NCBI GenBank assembly: GCA_000320545.1
Contig: ADNK01000947.1
Location: 1 to 62,091 of the forward strand
Direction: 5' to 3'
Source: Bigelowiella natans CCMP2755
Lineage: Eukaryota; Protista; Cercozoa
DNA: 62,091 nt
Below are positions 15,332-28,836 of this stretch, piece after piece; the stretch's first letter is position 1; each line of letters opens with the position of its first letter. The notes under the pieces were generated by a model. It was not told the origin of the DNA, did not search any database, and was given only the letters and a program-made list of their open reading frames with translations. The position numbers and the translations under genes are program-made.

Positions 15332-15753
15332 TCCGTTGAATGCGAGCGCAACACCTCCTGATACTTCATAGTTTGCCATGCTTTCGAAATTATGGGGCAT
15401 CATCGTCTTCAGATACGGCTGTTGTTGCTGCTGCTGCTGTTGCTGCTGTTGCCCTCTGTTGCCGGTTGTAGCCATAAGAGGGGGGTTACGCTGAGGAGGA
15501 AAGGACCGAAGCGCATCACCATTGTTTGGAGGAGATAATTGTCTGCTGTTTAGACCATTGCTCGCAATCACACCAGCATCTCGAAAGCTAAAGGAATGAT
15601 TCGGAATTGGCACCCCAGAATATCCAGGCTGTATGTGCGAACACCAAGTACAAAAGTTTGAATGCCATGTTGTCTTGATGATTGATTAGAGTGTTATGTA
15701 TAAATCACCTGGCCGAGGACCACCGTCGAGCCAAAAATAAAAAAATATATCAT
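10540..15753 (-). CDS. Large predicted secreted low-complexity (Q/H/S/E-rich) protein with Cys-rich C-terminal modules
   Basis: Exon 1 MIYFFIFGSTVVLGQ (ATG 15753, donor gtgatt) looks like a signal peptide and splices in phase 0 (acceptor catacag) into the 715-aa ORF 13466-15613. It continues via the ORF at 12500-13280 and small exons to the last exon ending CDDICQGYCNGKDVDCPKRCGVACFGERFIVRF* (10540). Frames of the internal exons at 11400-12300 are ambiguous. Confidence 0.55.
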
Positions 15754-16344
15754 TTCCAAGAGATGATGCATTTTCCAGATCCAGCTAATGGTAGTGATCT
15801 ACTGTAGCGTTCCCTCTAACGAGTAAGATGAGTATAGTTACCACAAAGGGGTGATAAAATCAAATGATGATTCTGCTGCAACCTGTGCAATTGAATTCGC
15901 TGTTCCCAACACACAGAGGCGGCGATATCAATCTCATGGCTTCCAGCCTCTCAAGACAATATATTTTAATTTCAGGACGGATGCACGATATCAATCAATC
16001 AATCCCCCTCCCTGGGTCTGTCACTCATATGCAACGATGATGACGAGCTTATCTTCCTGTATCACTTGTTTAAATAGTTCGAACTATTCTGCCGAAAAAA
16101 TCGAAATTAATATTTGCCGAAAAGATATTGATAAAACTCAGTATGAATGGAGGCTGATTTGATTGGATTTAAACAATACGACATGCGTAGTATCCGAATA
16201 TGGTAAGAAATACGGTACCACCGAATCCTTCGTGCTGAGCTGCTCCCTCTACAAAAATTCAAAACACGTTCAAATTTCAATGTGTGAGGGGAGGGAACGA
16301 AGTCCACAGCTGTTTCTTTCCTGATAATCTGTCACTAGAAAGCG

Positions 16345-17242
16345 ATGCTATCTTTGTGGGCCTTCTTCCTGTTCTTTTCTACATGTGCGGCAGCTAGTAC
16401 AACCAAAACAAAGGTAGTAGGGATGCATAAACGAAGGTCGGGGGGGATAAATTTTGCTTGGTCAAACAAGTTTTCCCTGATTCTCTGGCCTTTTGTGCAG
16501 GATGCAATATTGCAAATGAAGGCCTATGATGGCTCATCATCGCCTAGTAGAACGATGGAATCGGCATCAGCACTACTATCACGCATGCGGGAGGAAGGGG
16601 AAAAAAACACAGCACAACTAGGACCACGTATGAAGGAGAGGAGAGCAGCAGTCACGGTTCTCCCTTACAACCAGGATCCACCGGATTTGCCGCCGATATA
16701 CCCGTTGTCCACCCTTTCGTCTAAAGGTGGCTCCTATGATGGGAAAACGGTTGAAGATGATCCCGTCAAGGACGATACGATTTATGTGGATCCGCTCTCC
16801 AAAGATTGCAAAAAAGAAGTGGACGCTTTCGTCAAAAAATGCGCGGCAGGAGGAAAAGGAAGTAAAGATTAATTTTGATAGGAGCGACAATAGAAAATTG
16901 ACACAGATAGAATGGACTCTAAGAGCTTATCACTACAGATACATAGAAAAGATAGCAAACCAAATACTATTCCTATTTTTCAACAGGTGTTAAAGCCTGC
17001 GGCAAAGACGGATGGAAAGTATTGAAAAAGTGCAAAAACGGTAGTAATACATTTCCCCCCTTGATAAGCAGTTGATGTAAGGTGAAATGATAGTTTTATT
17101 ACTGCTACCTACCGCTACTTGCAGTGGTATTCTGTGCTAATATTGGACTCCTATCACTACATCATTGCTGGCAGGATTTACGAGTACTTCTGAACCTCCT
17201 CGATGGCCAGTGCAAGACGGGTACGATCAGGCCGTGGCGTAG
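16345..17242 (+). CDS. Small predicted secreted protein with Cys-containing helical segment
   Basis: MLSLWAFFLFFSTCAAA signal-peptide-like start. Probable in-frame 87-nt intron 16414-16500 (gtagta...gtgcag). Spliced continuation DPLSKDCKKEVDAFVKKCAAGGKGS|VKACGKDGWKVLKKCKN (exon ~16987-17040). Last exon and stop uncertain. Confidence 0.6.
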
Positions 17243-18329
17243 TAGCACTATGGAAACTTCAACTTCCATCATTGATGATTGTTGCTCCTGCCTTCATTCA
17301 AAACTACTTCTCGGTTAAGGTAGCTAATTCAAAATAATAATAGTGAGGAGCCTTTTAAAGAAAACAATAAGAAAGTAATTGGGAGTTCCACGCCATAGTT
17401 TTTGTTTCGTGGTTTTTAAATGCCATACTAAGTACGCCGACAGAAGTTTCAATTACCATACCAGGAACAATGGTCTCCTCCTCCTTTCGTACTGCTCACA
17501 AAGAATAGGCCGATATGATTAGGCTTTAGCTTATTATTTTTAGATGTAAAGAATATAGGAAATTTAGATATTCACTCTTACGTTTATTTTAGAGATTGTT
17601 AATACCATAAATTTATTGTCATTATTATACATTTCCTTATCTGTCGTTATCGCCGTGGTGAATGTTAGCTATATTTGCGTGCTTATATTCGCAAGTACGT
17701 AAGCTTGTTCGCCAGCACCACAGTCAGTAGCGCAATTATTACTTTGTCATGTATTTATCATAGATTGCGAATAATAGCTTATGTAGGCCATGTGTAGCCG
17801 TAGTCGTGGTAGAGTGTACTCGATCATATAGAGTGGCAGCATGTGCATATGCTGTGCATGCATTGTATCGTATCATACGCAAGGATCAGATTAATTACGC
17901 ACGGCATGTACTGATTCTATAGATCGTAATTTATAACAACCAGCTGCGCGTGCATTATTTTACATCACATATATGCGTATGTATATACAAGAATCATCAA
18001 CACTGCTGCTACGTAATATACGATCGTAGTGTATCTGCGAGCATGAGTGCACATATTAGACGCCGCTATAGCTAAGGCACATGTTTATATCAATAGTCAG
18101 CCAAAACAGGATAAGATAACAGTCACATGCAGGACAAGTCAGAATATATGTCCAGCACGGTTTCCACGCGCCAATGTGTAGATAATAATATGCTAACCCA
18201 GTCAAGTTAATGAACGGAGTTACTATTTCCGCTCTTATCCTAACTCTGGTATTTTGTACCATTTTGACCCTTGAGTTTGCTGTTAGCAGGCGGTTTTGAT
18301 GATGATGATGATGATGCATTTCCTTTCGA

Positions 18330-19176
18330 TTATGCCGTCGCAGGCGCCGAAGAAGCAGCACTGCTTTTGTTTGCATGGCGAGCATTTCCATTTGTTTTTC
18401 TTCTCCAGACCCAAACACTAGCGTCGTCACAGACGCCAACAAGATACTTTCCATGCTGATCGAAAGCAACTTGCCGCACGGCAGCGGCCTTGCCTTTGAT
18501 GCCAATCTTCGCCGGGGATTTGTTACGACCGGTGTCTACATCCCATACGAACACTTCTCCTAGCTTGTTCCCAACCTGCAAAAGCAATCTCAATCAATCA
18601 ATAATACGGCGAGTAACAGACAGACAACAACGGTGAGAAGAAGATGAAGAAGAAGATGATGATGATGAATTGGTAGTATATCTGGGGAAAGTCATGCCAA
18701 ATGCTACAATAATCTCCTCCATTTCTTCCTCCTAGCCCCCCCACTCCTTCTTGGGAAAATAGTAGCACCACCCACCCACCCACCCACCGCAAGGTATTTT
18801 TGATAGTAATCCATTCCAAATCGGATATACCTGTTTAAATGTATATATTAGGTAGGTGAAAGAGGAGCCTTATTTGATGTTGTTGTTGTTGTTGTTAGCC
18901 TGTGGTACCATATATCGCAATGCTTGCACTTGTACTCCCCAAGACGACGCACAGAGTTGTTTGGCATGCTGGTCAGCTTCAGTTTGGAAGGATATCTAAC
19001 ATCATCAATCACACCAGCAGCGGAAAGAAGAACTCATCACCAAGAAAATATGATCAGATGAAACTATTGAAGCATGAAATTCTTTTATTTTGCCTATTCT
19101 TCCAATATGATGATTGCAACTTCTTCATCGTCACCATCAGTATTCTTGTTGTGATGATAGATTTCATCATCATCCG

Positions 19177-19212
<36 letters not shown>

Positions 19213-20287
19213 TTTTAATCATCATCTTTGAACAGCTAATTACCGTCCGCTCCAAAGTACAACACAATTTTCCACGGACTGAGATATAATATGATTGTTC
19301 GTGTGTGTGGCCGTGTTCTGCGAACGGACGTTACTTACTTATACACACACACACACACACCTTCGATAGTACAAGGTCTCCAATGAATCTTACACAGTCA
19401 ACATAGTTTGTGTGGACTTTACGCGTAGAAAACAAAGGAAACTGGACGATCTTGGCTGGTATTCTTCTTCTTCTTTTCCTTCTTCTTCTCCTTTTTCGCT
19501 TGCCGCCTTTTTCATCGTCATCATCATTATCATCATCCTCGTCTTCTCTCCCGCCTCCTACGAGTTCCTCTTCTTGGTGGCAAGTTTGTAGGCGATCTCT
19601 CAAGCACGACATGCTCCATATCTTCACTGTATGGTCCATCGAGGAAGATACCTTCGTGCGTGAATGGTAGGTTGGTAGTAGCAGCAATATTAATAGTAGT
19701 CGTAGTGAGGGTGGTGGTGGCAGATAATTGGTAATAATGACTTACTTGCTAGTTATTGTTGGGCAGGAGAACAAGTGGAATTAAACAGAATATTAAGATT
19801 TCGTAAGACAAGTGCATATATATAAGCGAAATGGGACAATGGCGATGGTAGGATGTTCTCCTTACTTTAACCATCATCATCGTCATCATTATCATCATCA
19901 TCATCATGATGTTGCTGTTAATAATAATAGTAATAATAATAAAACAACTCTACCATGTAAGATCCTGAGAGATTGAAGTCAGCACTGAGTACCTCGTCAC
20001 GATGACCGTTTTCACCGGAAAACACCTAGTTATTAATGAAAAAAAGCAAGTCGATATGTGATCAAGATTCTCCGAGTCTCTCGAAGAAGGCTATGTTGTC
20101 TTTTGGTTCAGGAAGAAAGGAAGGAAGGAAGGAAGGAAGGACGGACTGAATACTGCTGCCGTTATATTTAGTTGTAGTAGTAGTGCTTATATATTCATTT
20201 TTGTTCTTTATCGTGATAATAATACATACTACTACCGCAATACAGCGTCCAGACCGCAGACTCCAGAGCCGTATGGACCGATCTTTG

Positions 20288-20323
<36 letters not shown>

Positions 20324-20586
20324 TTCGATGAGAACGACAAGAAGTTCAGCCATATCAAGTAACAAGATGATGATGATGATGATGATGAGGATGATGATGA
20401 TGATAATGATGGTGATGTCAGGCCGCATATCATGATATTATTGTGAGTACTGACTTGCAGAGAGCAACAACTGTCGGTCTCTTGGATGAATCTGAAGTTC
20501 ATTGATGGAGCTCACATGCCCTACCAACGATCTTACCACCTTGAGAGTGTGGCAGTTAATTACCTGCAATTTCCAGATATGGTGAC

Positions 20587-20620
<34 letters not shown>

Positions 20621-21330
20621 GTACACACAGTACCACCAACAACTTAAAGCAGCAGCAGCAGCAGCAGCAATTTATGATGAGAAGAGAAAAAAACAGACGG
20701 CTAGAGTTTCTATTAATATGATGGCGATTGATTGCTACTTGATCATCATCGTCATCATCATTATCCTCATCATCATGATATTATCATCATCATCACCATG
20801 ATTACCTTAATAATGCCCAGCACTCCCCCTGTTATCAGCCATGGAGCTCCTGAAAGAGGGTCTTGAGACCAGGCGCAAGTAAAGAGCTGTTCTTCATCGT
20901 TTCCATCGACGTATACCTATTGTTTGTGGTGGTGGGTATGCAGTATTATCATCTATCCATCAACATCATCCAAATGTTATCATCAAAACCAGGAGGAGGA
21001 AGATTACGTTTCTAATGTCGCTACCACTACTAGTACTTCTACTACTACTACTACTACTACTACAACTACTACTACACAACTACTACACAACTACTACCAT
21101 GACTACTGGTAGTACTAGTACAAGTAAGTAGTAGTAGTAGTAGTAGTACCTGTACTGGCTCAACATCGGTTATGTCAGGTCTTAGACGGTATACGGTTGC
21201 CCTTCGATCTCCCACGGTAGCAAACATATGACTGTGCCTTAGATCTGTGTAATTAAATCGCACCGAGTATATCGGTTTTCCGTGGTCTTCTAGGATCTTC
21301 TTGCATACAACAAAGTCAGGGGGATGATGC

Positions 21331-21362
<32 letters not shown>

Positions 21363-21959
21363 ATGACGACGATGATGATGGTTGGGCCGTAGTCTTGAGG
21401 TAGTAGCTATATTTGGAGGCTGCTGTCGTCTTTGACGATGATGCTGATTATTCTGGGCTGCTTGTCCATTTTTAAAGACGGTATTACTTGTGTTGTTAAT
21501 GTTGTCTACAACTCTGCCGGAGGAGTCGCTTCTCCCGCCATGGTCTTTATTATGGCTACTTCTACTGCTTAATCTGATACTATTACTATTACTATTACTA
21601 CTTCTACTGCCGCTACTGTTACTGCTACTTGCTGCCGCAGCCTTTGCAGTTGATCTTGTCTCTCTTCCTTGCTTCTTCTGTTTTACATCCTGACTTGTAG
21701 TAGTGGTAGCACTAGTATGTGGCCCTTTTTCCAGAGTAGTAGCCGGATTATTACTGATATCTATATTGCTTCTGCCCCTTTTCAAAGTAGTGGTAGCAGC
21801 AGCAGCAGCAGCAGCAGCAGTAGCAGAAGAAGAAGTACTACTGATGTCTATATCGCCGCTACCCCTTCCCCTTCCACGTGTACGGCCGACGTGTTTCTCT
21901 GTCGCGCCAAGTGTCGCCTCTACCGCCGTTTTCTTCTTGTCCTTCTTCTTCTTCCTCAT
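18330..21959 (-). CDS. EED: Polycomb repressive complex 2 WD40 subunit EED/ESC/FIE with long low-complexity N-terminal extension (~10 exons)
   Basis: Spliced translation: [13 protein letters not shown]...[12 protein letters not shown]|[37 protein letters not shown]|[27 protein letters not shown]...[22 protein letters not shown]|[24 protein letters not shown]|[12 protein letters not shown]...[29 protein letters not shown]|SVENCVVLW...[18 protein letters not shown]|[12 protein letters not shown]. These are the diagnostic EED/FIE motifs, in the correct order. Confidence 0.95.
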
Positions 21960-22434
21960 GGTTTTTCCCTAAGTATTGAATTATCATCAGTATTAGTTTC
22001 ATTTAGGGTTGTCCTAGATGCTACTATTAACCCCTCCATACCCGAAGCACGATGGTAAATATAATGATGCTGTGTATACTACTACTACCTTTCCGTATGT
22101 CATCCGGGTATTGCCACTTCGCAACATTAATTCTTCTGCAAGATGCGCCTTTCTGCTGCATTATCACCAATCATTATTCACAATTAGTATCTGAGACCGA
22201 ATCTCCACATACTAATTTTCAAACCATTTGATTAAGATAATTAGACTGTAAAGAAGACTACACCTCGACGTATTGGACTAATTATGTGGAGGCAATTTCC
22301 TGTAATAACAATGGGAAGACGACAGCCTACAAAATAGAGCGAATTGGACAAGGAGCAAATCACATCAGCTGAATAAGAGAATAGAAAATAGTTAGAGCTT
22401 TGAACCTGTCGTTGCAAAAGTAATAGGGTCGAGA

Positions 22435-22833
22435 GGTGCCGCTGCTGCAGGGAGGCGGCACCGTGCTCCCGGAAAGACGGAGGTGGTGCCTCGGAACCCA
22501 GAGCACTCCTATTCGGAACCCAGAGCACTTTTACTCGGAACCCAGAGCACTCCTATTCGGAACCCAGAGCACTTCTACAGTGATACTCGGAATCCAGGAC
22601 TTGCTTCGGAAGCTAGGAGAGGCCACCTGCCCCGTCTACGACGAGGGAACAGGAGAGGAACAGATTTGGATAGGGGAGGATTATCCTGAAGAACCAACAT
22701 ATAGATGGCAGAAGGGGTGGGAGATGGCGAATATATGTTGCGCTGGAGGGGGAAAAGAATGGCACGCAATGGATATCAATGACCGGAAGTATGAAAAAGG
22801 ATCTCCGCGTGAGCATTTAATTCAACATTTGTG

Positions 22834-22873
<40 letters not shown>
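22435..22873 (+). mobile_element. Possible truncated mobile-element remnant: hairpin + 22-bp tandem array + short ORF ending in (TAA)n tail
   Basis: Inverted repeat ggtgccgc/gcggcacc (22435-22462), 4x22-bp array (22491-22578), intronless ORF 22436-22834 whose TGA runs directly into a (TAA)n tract. No RT or transposase motif recognised. Confidence 0.3.
22491..22578. repeat. 22-bp minisatellite x4 (tcggaacccagagcactcctat / tcggaacccagagcacttttac alternating) plus a degenerate fifth start at 22587
   Basis: Units at 22491, 22513, 22535, 22557 read directly; A-B-A-B' higher-order pattern; no spacers. Confidence 0.95.
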
Positions 22874-22874
<1 letters not shown>

Positions 22875-23199
22875 GATAAGGAAAAGGAGGAGGATGGGGA
22901 GGAGGAAGATGAGGAGAGGGGGAAGGAGAAGAAAAGGAAGGAAGAGTTGATGGAGAGGATAGGGTCAGAAAATCGGATTTTAAAGAAGACTTTTGTCAAA
23001 TTATCTCGCTGTAGGTCGCTACTATTGATACTATCACCATCTATCACAACGAGTAAATACGTCAAGAAGAGACATTCATCCTCATTGATAGCGTGTGGAC
23101 ATAAGGATGGTGGTGGTGGAGCACCAACCTTTTAGATCATCGTCTTCATTCGGCGGGGTCAGTGGTGGTGGACAAGAGAGCCATCATATGCTTGTATGT

Positions 23200-23850
23200 A
23201 TGAATGATGAAACATCTTGTGGCAGCATCCGTCATAACAGACTACGTTCTATTCGCTTGCTGCAGTGTGCCCATTTCGTGGTTTTGTAACAACTGATAAA
23301 GCGATGTGACTATCACTAGGTTGCTACTTTGTGGTGTACATGGGTATTAGCTTGGAGCAGTAGAGCAGCTCCCCGTCATTCGTCCTCTCACCACCACCAC
23401 CACCACCACCACCACAAGAACAGTGACCAGCAGCCAGAACAGCAGCTTAACACCAAATCGCACCAAAGGAAGAATCACCAAAGTCATCCTCCTCCTCCTC
23501 ATCATCATCATCATTATCGCTGGGATGTTGGTTCTCAGGAAGTGCCTTCATTGTCCTTTCTTCACCAACGACATCTTGATAACAACAACCCTGGCTTTTT
23601 GCCGGCAGCAGCGTCATCATCATCCACCGAGATGTTCCCCGTGTCTCACTCTTATTCTGCAGCCAAAGCCTACAACGAGCATCAATTTCTCCGAAGTAAA
23701 CGACTGATTAGGTAACGACAAACACAGCATGGTGCTACGTTTTAGGACAACTATCCATATCAACATCACCATCTTCTTCTTATCTACATTGGTCATCACC
23801 TTCACGTTGCGAGTACAGCATCGTCACAAATCAACCTAATATAATGAGGG

Positions 23851-23893
<43 letters not shown>

Positions 23894-25407
23894 ATATCAC
23901 TTTTGCACCGTCAGATCGCTTACTCTTCAAATGCGGTCGTCACCATACCCATCATATCATTTAGCTTCATCTAATGAATTACAGGTAATGGTAGTAATTA
24001 TAGTACCGTATCATCCTAACCACGACAGGATCTACTTCTCGGCTGATGATATCATCTCATACCAAATTTATAAGTTTCATTATAATTTTACATGGAAATG
24101 CTGCCTGATGGTTATCCTCGTTGTTTTTGTTTTGCACATCGAAATGGATAGGATGGTGAGAATGGTGAGCTCTTATCTCATGAAGTCATAGGCCATGCAA
24201 TACGGTAGCAAGTAGTAATTTACTGCAGAAGATGCAAGTATAAACACATCAAATGACAATTATGATATATTTTCTTATTACGATCTAACAACAATTCTAT
24301 TTTTCACTGTTTTAGCTGCATTCGGTATGAGGGCCAGATGACTATTCATAAAAAATCATCAAAGCCAGCTTCAGCAGTCGCGGCAATGGTTAGTAGATGT
24401 TGATAGTATCCTCGGTTGCGGGTGGATGGTGGATTGTTGCGTGTGTGATTATGTGTTTTCACTCGACGTAGTAGCGGTTGTGTGTCGTCAAATGCTGCTA
24501 ATATTCTATCATCCTTCCCGAAGATTCTTCTCCTTTTTTTTTAAAATTTGGGTACGGTGCAGAAAAGAAGAGTGCTGTGATCGCTCATAGTAAGTGATAA
24601 TTTGATGTTGTTATTGATTCCTTAGAATCTTCTTAACTCAATGCATTCTAGATCAATCAAGGTAGTCGTTGGTGGTGTGTGTTTTTTATGCAGTCGTCCT
24701 CAGTATAGCTAGGAATGATGCAGATGATGGAGCTGTGTAGTAGCAATGATGTAGTTGCTGGAATCTTCCTCTATTTTGCGACTATGAACATAATGTAGCC
24801 GTAGCAGTAGCAGCATCATTAATGATATAGAGGATGAGACGACTCCTTTCAAATCCTGCTAACAACACAACAATGTAATCAAGGCAACACCTGTACATTA
24901 CGCATCTTGCATCTCATTGCTTGGTGCTGCAGGTGGGATATCAAAACTATCTATCGTTCATGTTAGGAAAAACACAATGACACACACACACACACACACA
25001 CACACACATCACACATCACACATCACCACATATCACATATCACCACACATCACAAGTTTATGCTTCACGAATTGCTCCTCCTCCTCCTCCTCCTCCTCCT
25101 CCTCCTCCTCCATAGTTTTAATTTTCTTTTTCTTCCTTTCTTCTGCTCTCCACATGAGCCACCACTGTACCAAAGCTTTTAGTTGTCATCAGCATCATCA
25201 ACAACAATAACAATATCATTATCCATACTACAGGGCAATGGGAACAGGCTGTGCAGCTTTTGAAAAGGGTAAACGACGAAGATGAGGAGCAATTAATTTA
25301 ATGCCAGCTCATGATCATATTGCAACAACAACAACATGTGTGTTGTATGTATAATATAATACATCGCCTGGATGAAGGATGATGGCGTATGTACACTAGT
25401 AAACTAC

Positions 25408-25440
<33 letters not shown>

Positions 25441-25443
25441 GCC

Positions 25444-25474
<31 letters not shown>

Positions 25475-27038
25475 ACGCGCGTGTTATTTGGTTGTCTTGC
25501 TGACGTTTTCCTCTTCTTCCTCTTCCCCCCCCTCAACCTTATCCTCCTACTGAACATCTAAGATGACTAGAATCGATGGGATTGTGCCTGATGAGCGCAT
25601 ACTACTCGCAACGATGAGAGCTCTGCAGGTAGCCAAAAGCTATAATATCATCACAAAGCACCGATGAAACACAACCAACTCAACGTGCAACGCATACTTA
25701 CTACCATCATGTAATGCTACTAACAATGATGGATAATAGCTTAATCTCGTCAAAGTTTTCATCATTATCATCATCATCATCATCATCATTATCATCACCA
25801 TCATAATCTCATCGTCATCCTAATGTTATCGTCCTCGTGACCTTGATCATCATTATATTAATTCGCAGCTTGTCGTGATGTATGTCATATAGTTTTCCAA
25901 CAAGTGGGCTGAGTCTTTGGATATCCTTGATACGTCACGAGATGTGTTCATGTAACTATCTGAACAAATAGTTATATGATGCAATTCTGCTGCTGCTGCT
26001 GATGATGATGATGACGACGATGATGATGATGTTATCAGTATATCGGACCATACAATCAACAGGATTCGTAAATAATAAGGGAATAACCAATACGACGACT
26101 TTCACAGCGACCTTAGTTTCTCAGCTTGTAATATATATTGTCATATTACTAAAAATGATCATCACCATCCTATTCCTCCTCATGATAGTCACCTATGATA
26201 TATGTATCATCAAAGGGTCAATCCCAGCAGCCAGATGTATCTTTGTGCTTTGAGTACGTTAATAAGTTGTCGGCAATATCACCGGTGTGTTAGTCATCCT
26301 TCACTTGTGTTTTTTGCAACAAATTATGTTCGTTATTTCGCAATACAAACAACATTATCACCGTGTATGCCGCCTCCTCCTTATGACTCACCATCATCAT
26401 CACCATCATCATCACCATCATCATCACCATCATCATCATCATCATTATCATCATCATTATCATCATCATTATAATCATCATCAATAGGTTAAAAAGTATT
26501 TTAGAAGAGCTCGAAGATGAGCATCCGTAACAATACAACATTTAAATTAAATCCATCGTATTGCTTCTTCTTGCCATGATATACCGATAATATCGATGGT
26601 GAGTGGTACTTATGCTGCTACTACTGCTGCTGATTAAGATGTATTCTCCTTTTCATATTACATCCTTATGTGTTTTTTTCTTCTTCTTCTTTTTCTTCTT
26701 TCAGACAAGCTGCTCGTCCTTGTGTGTACAGTAGTATACTGCGAGCATTTGAAAACGTGAGAAGTATTGGAGAGTATCTTGATGTGTATGAGACTGCTCT
26801 TGCACTACACGGAGCCTCTCGAAGCGAAACTGTAGTGGCAATACGATTCTACCGTTTAATGGGGGGGGGGGGGGAGAGGATAACGATCGAAAGAGCAAAG
26901 CACTTGAGAAATATCTGCATCAGCAAGAACGAAGGTTCAGAAATGAAGCTTATCTCGCATCGTCGTCATCGTCTCACCAGCAGCAACATTACTCTCCATC
27001 ATCATCATATTTTCGTCTTGCTCCTTGGGACTTCTCTC

Positions 27039-27074
<36 letters not shown>

Positions 27075-28757
27075 CTGCTGCTAAAACTAACAGTGCTCGT
27101 TCTGTGCGCGCCACTCGTCGTAAGAAAGGAGCTACAGCTGCTACAAAGGACGATGGAGGCAATGATGATGAAGATGATGATGAAGATGACGATGATGATG
27201 ATGAAAATGATGATGATGATATGTTACCGGAGTATGGAGATCCAGAATTCTTCTTCCCCGTTCCTGTAGAGTCCTTTGAGATTAGTAGTCCGCCACAATG
27301 CCGTGGGGAGAGGACGAGGAAAGTAAAGACTTTTCCTTTTTCATCTTCTTCATCTTCTTCATCGAATGGACTTAAACATGGTGATGGAGAAGGAAGAGGA
27401 GCTGAAAGAGGAGGAAGAGAGAGATTTAACAGCAGCACGCCAAGAAGAAGCAGCACCAGCAGTTTTAGAGAAGGTCTCCATCTACCAACATACAATTATA
27501 ATGATGATGAGGAGGAGGAGGATGAGGAGGATGGTGGTGGTGGTGATGAGGGTAGAGGGCGGGTACTGATAATCTAACAAATCATGAGGGGTGGGGGGGG
27601 GGGGGACTGAGGAGAAGGAGGAGGAGGAATGACAAAAAAGCGATCATGATAAGGATGATGAAGATTATGATACTTTATAACGCCAGATGCGAGGTTGCAA
27701 TACCCAAAAGCAGAAGATACAGCAGAAGTTCTTTTAATGGATAACGGTGATGGTGATGATGATGAAGATGATTCTTCCTCCTCCTCTGACATGATAATGG
27801 CTCCTTCAAGCTTCTTCAAAGCAGGATCTTCATCATCACTTCGTGGGAGAAAGATATCAACAACAACACACTTGTTGGAAAACGCAGAAGAAGCTTCTGT
27901 AGTTCCTGTTGTTGTTGTTGAAGAAGAAGTCAAGGGCAACAAGACGACCATGGGTAAGATGATAATGAAAATAATAGGATAAAATAGTGGTAAAGCATTA
28001 CATTATGTTGAATAGCATGATGAGTATAGTTTTTGTCTCACTGCCCTTTTATCGGCCATGTCTTATCATTAGCTCCTCCTCCTCCTCCAACTACAACAGC
28101 AGCAACAGCAGCAGCAGTAGTTTCCTCATATCCGCCAAACAAAGAGGAAAACATCGTTACAAAGCTTCTAACCGCCCAGTCTCACCAATCCCTTGAAGGT
28201 GCACACACCATCTCCTCCTTTCCTTAAACACGTGTGCTCACTTGCTTAGTCTGCTGCTTCTCTATATGATGTTATCATCATTTACCACGAGTGAATACTA
28301 TCTGTGGTCTAGTATCATCTGGCAACAACTTAGGCTATTCTGCTACTCATTACAACAATATTATGGCATGATAAACAACAAACAACTATGATTTGCGATT
28401 ATGCTTGAAGTAGTAGTTTCTATCGATGAGCATTTCTTTAGCAACAACCAAATAGCAATGTGCCTACGATGGCTTGGAATAGCAAAAATACGTATGTTCA
28501 GTTGGATTCCGATCTTATTATCATCGCATTGTCTCCTATCATCATCATCATCATTATCATCGTTTTCATCGTCATCATTATCTTATCAGAGATATTAGAG
28601 CAGCACTTTGGTGATAATAAGCAAGGCTCTGCTAGTGCTGCTGCTGCTGCTGATTCGTCGACTTTTTCCAAGAAAATGCTGGAAACGATCAGACGTGTGA
28701 AAGCCAGCAATGATGGTGAAATCATCGTTAGAATTCTTGACTACATGGGGAAGGTAA

Positions 28758-28836
<79 letters not shown>

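Noticed and set aside
17300-18329. Full CTAG/TpA signature in this convergent gap
   Set aside because: It is TGCA/CATG-rich at ~17780-18060 but shows no CTAG excess and has plenty of TA; counted only as a partial case or an exception.
22491-22600. CRISPR-like array
   Set aside because: Units are head-to-tail with no unique spacers, and there are no cas genes; eukaryotic minisatellite.
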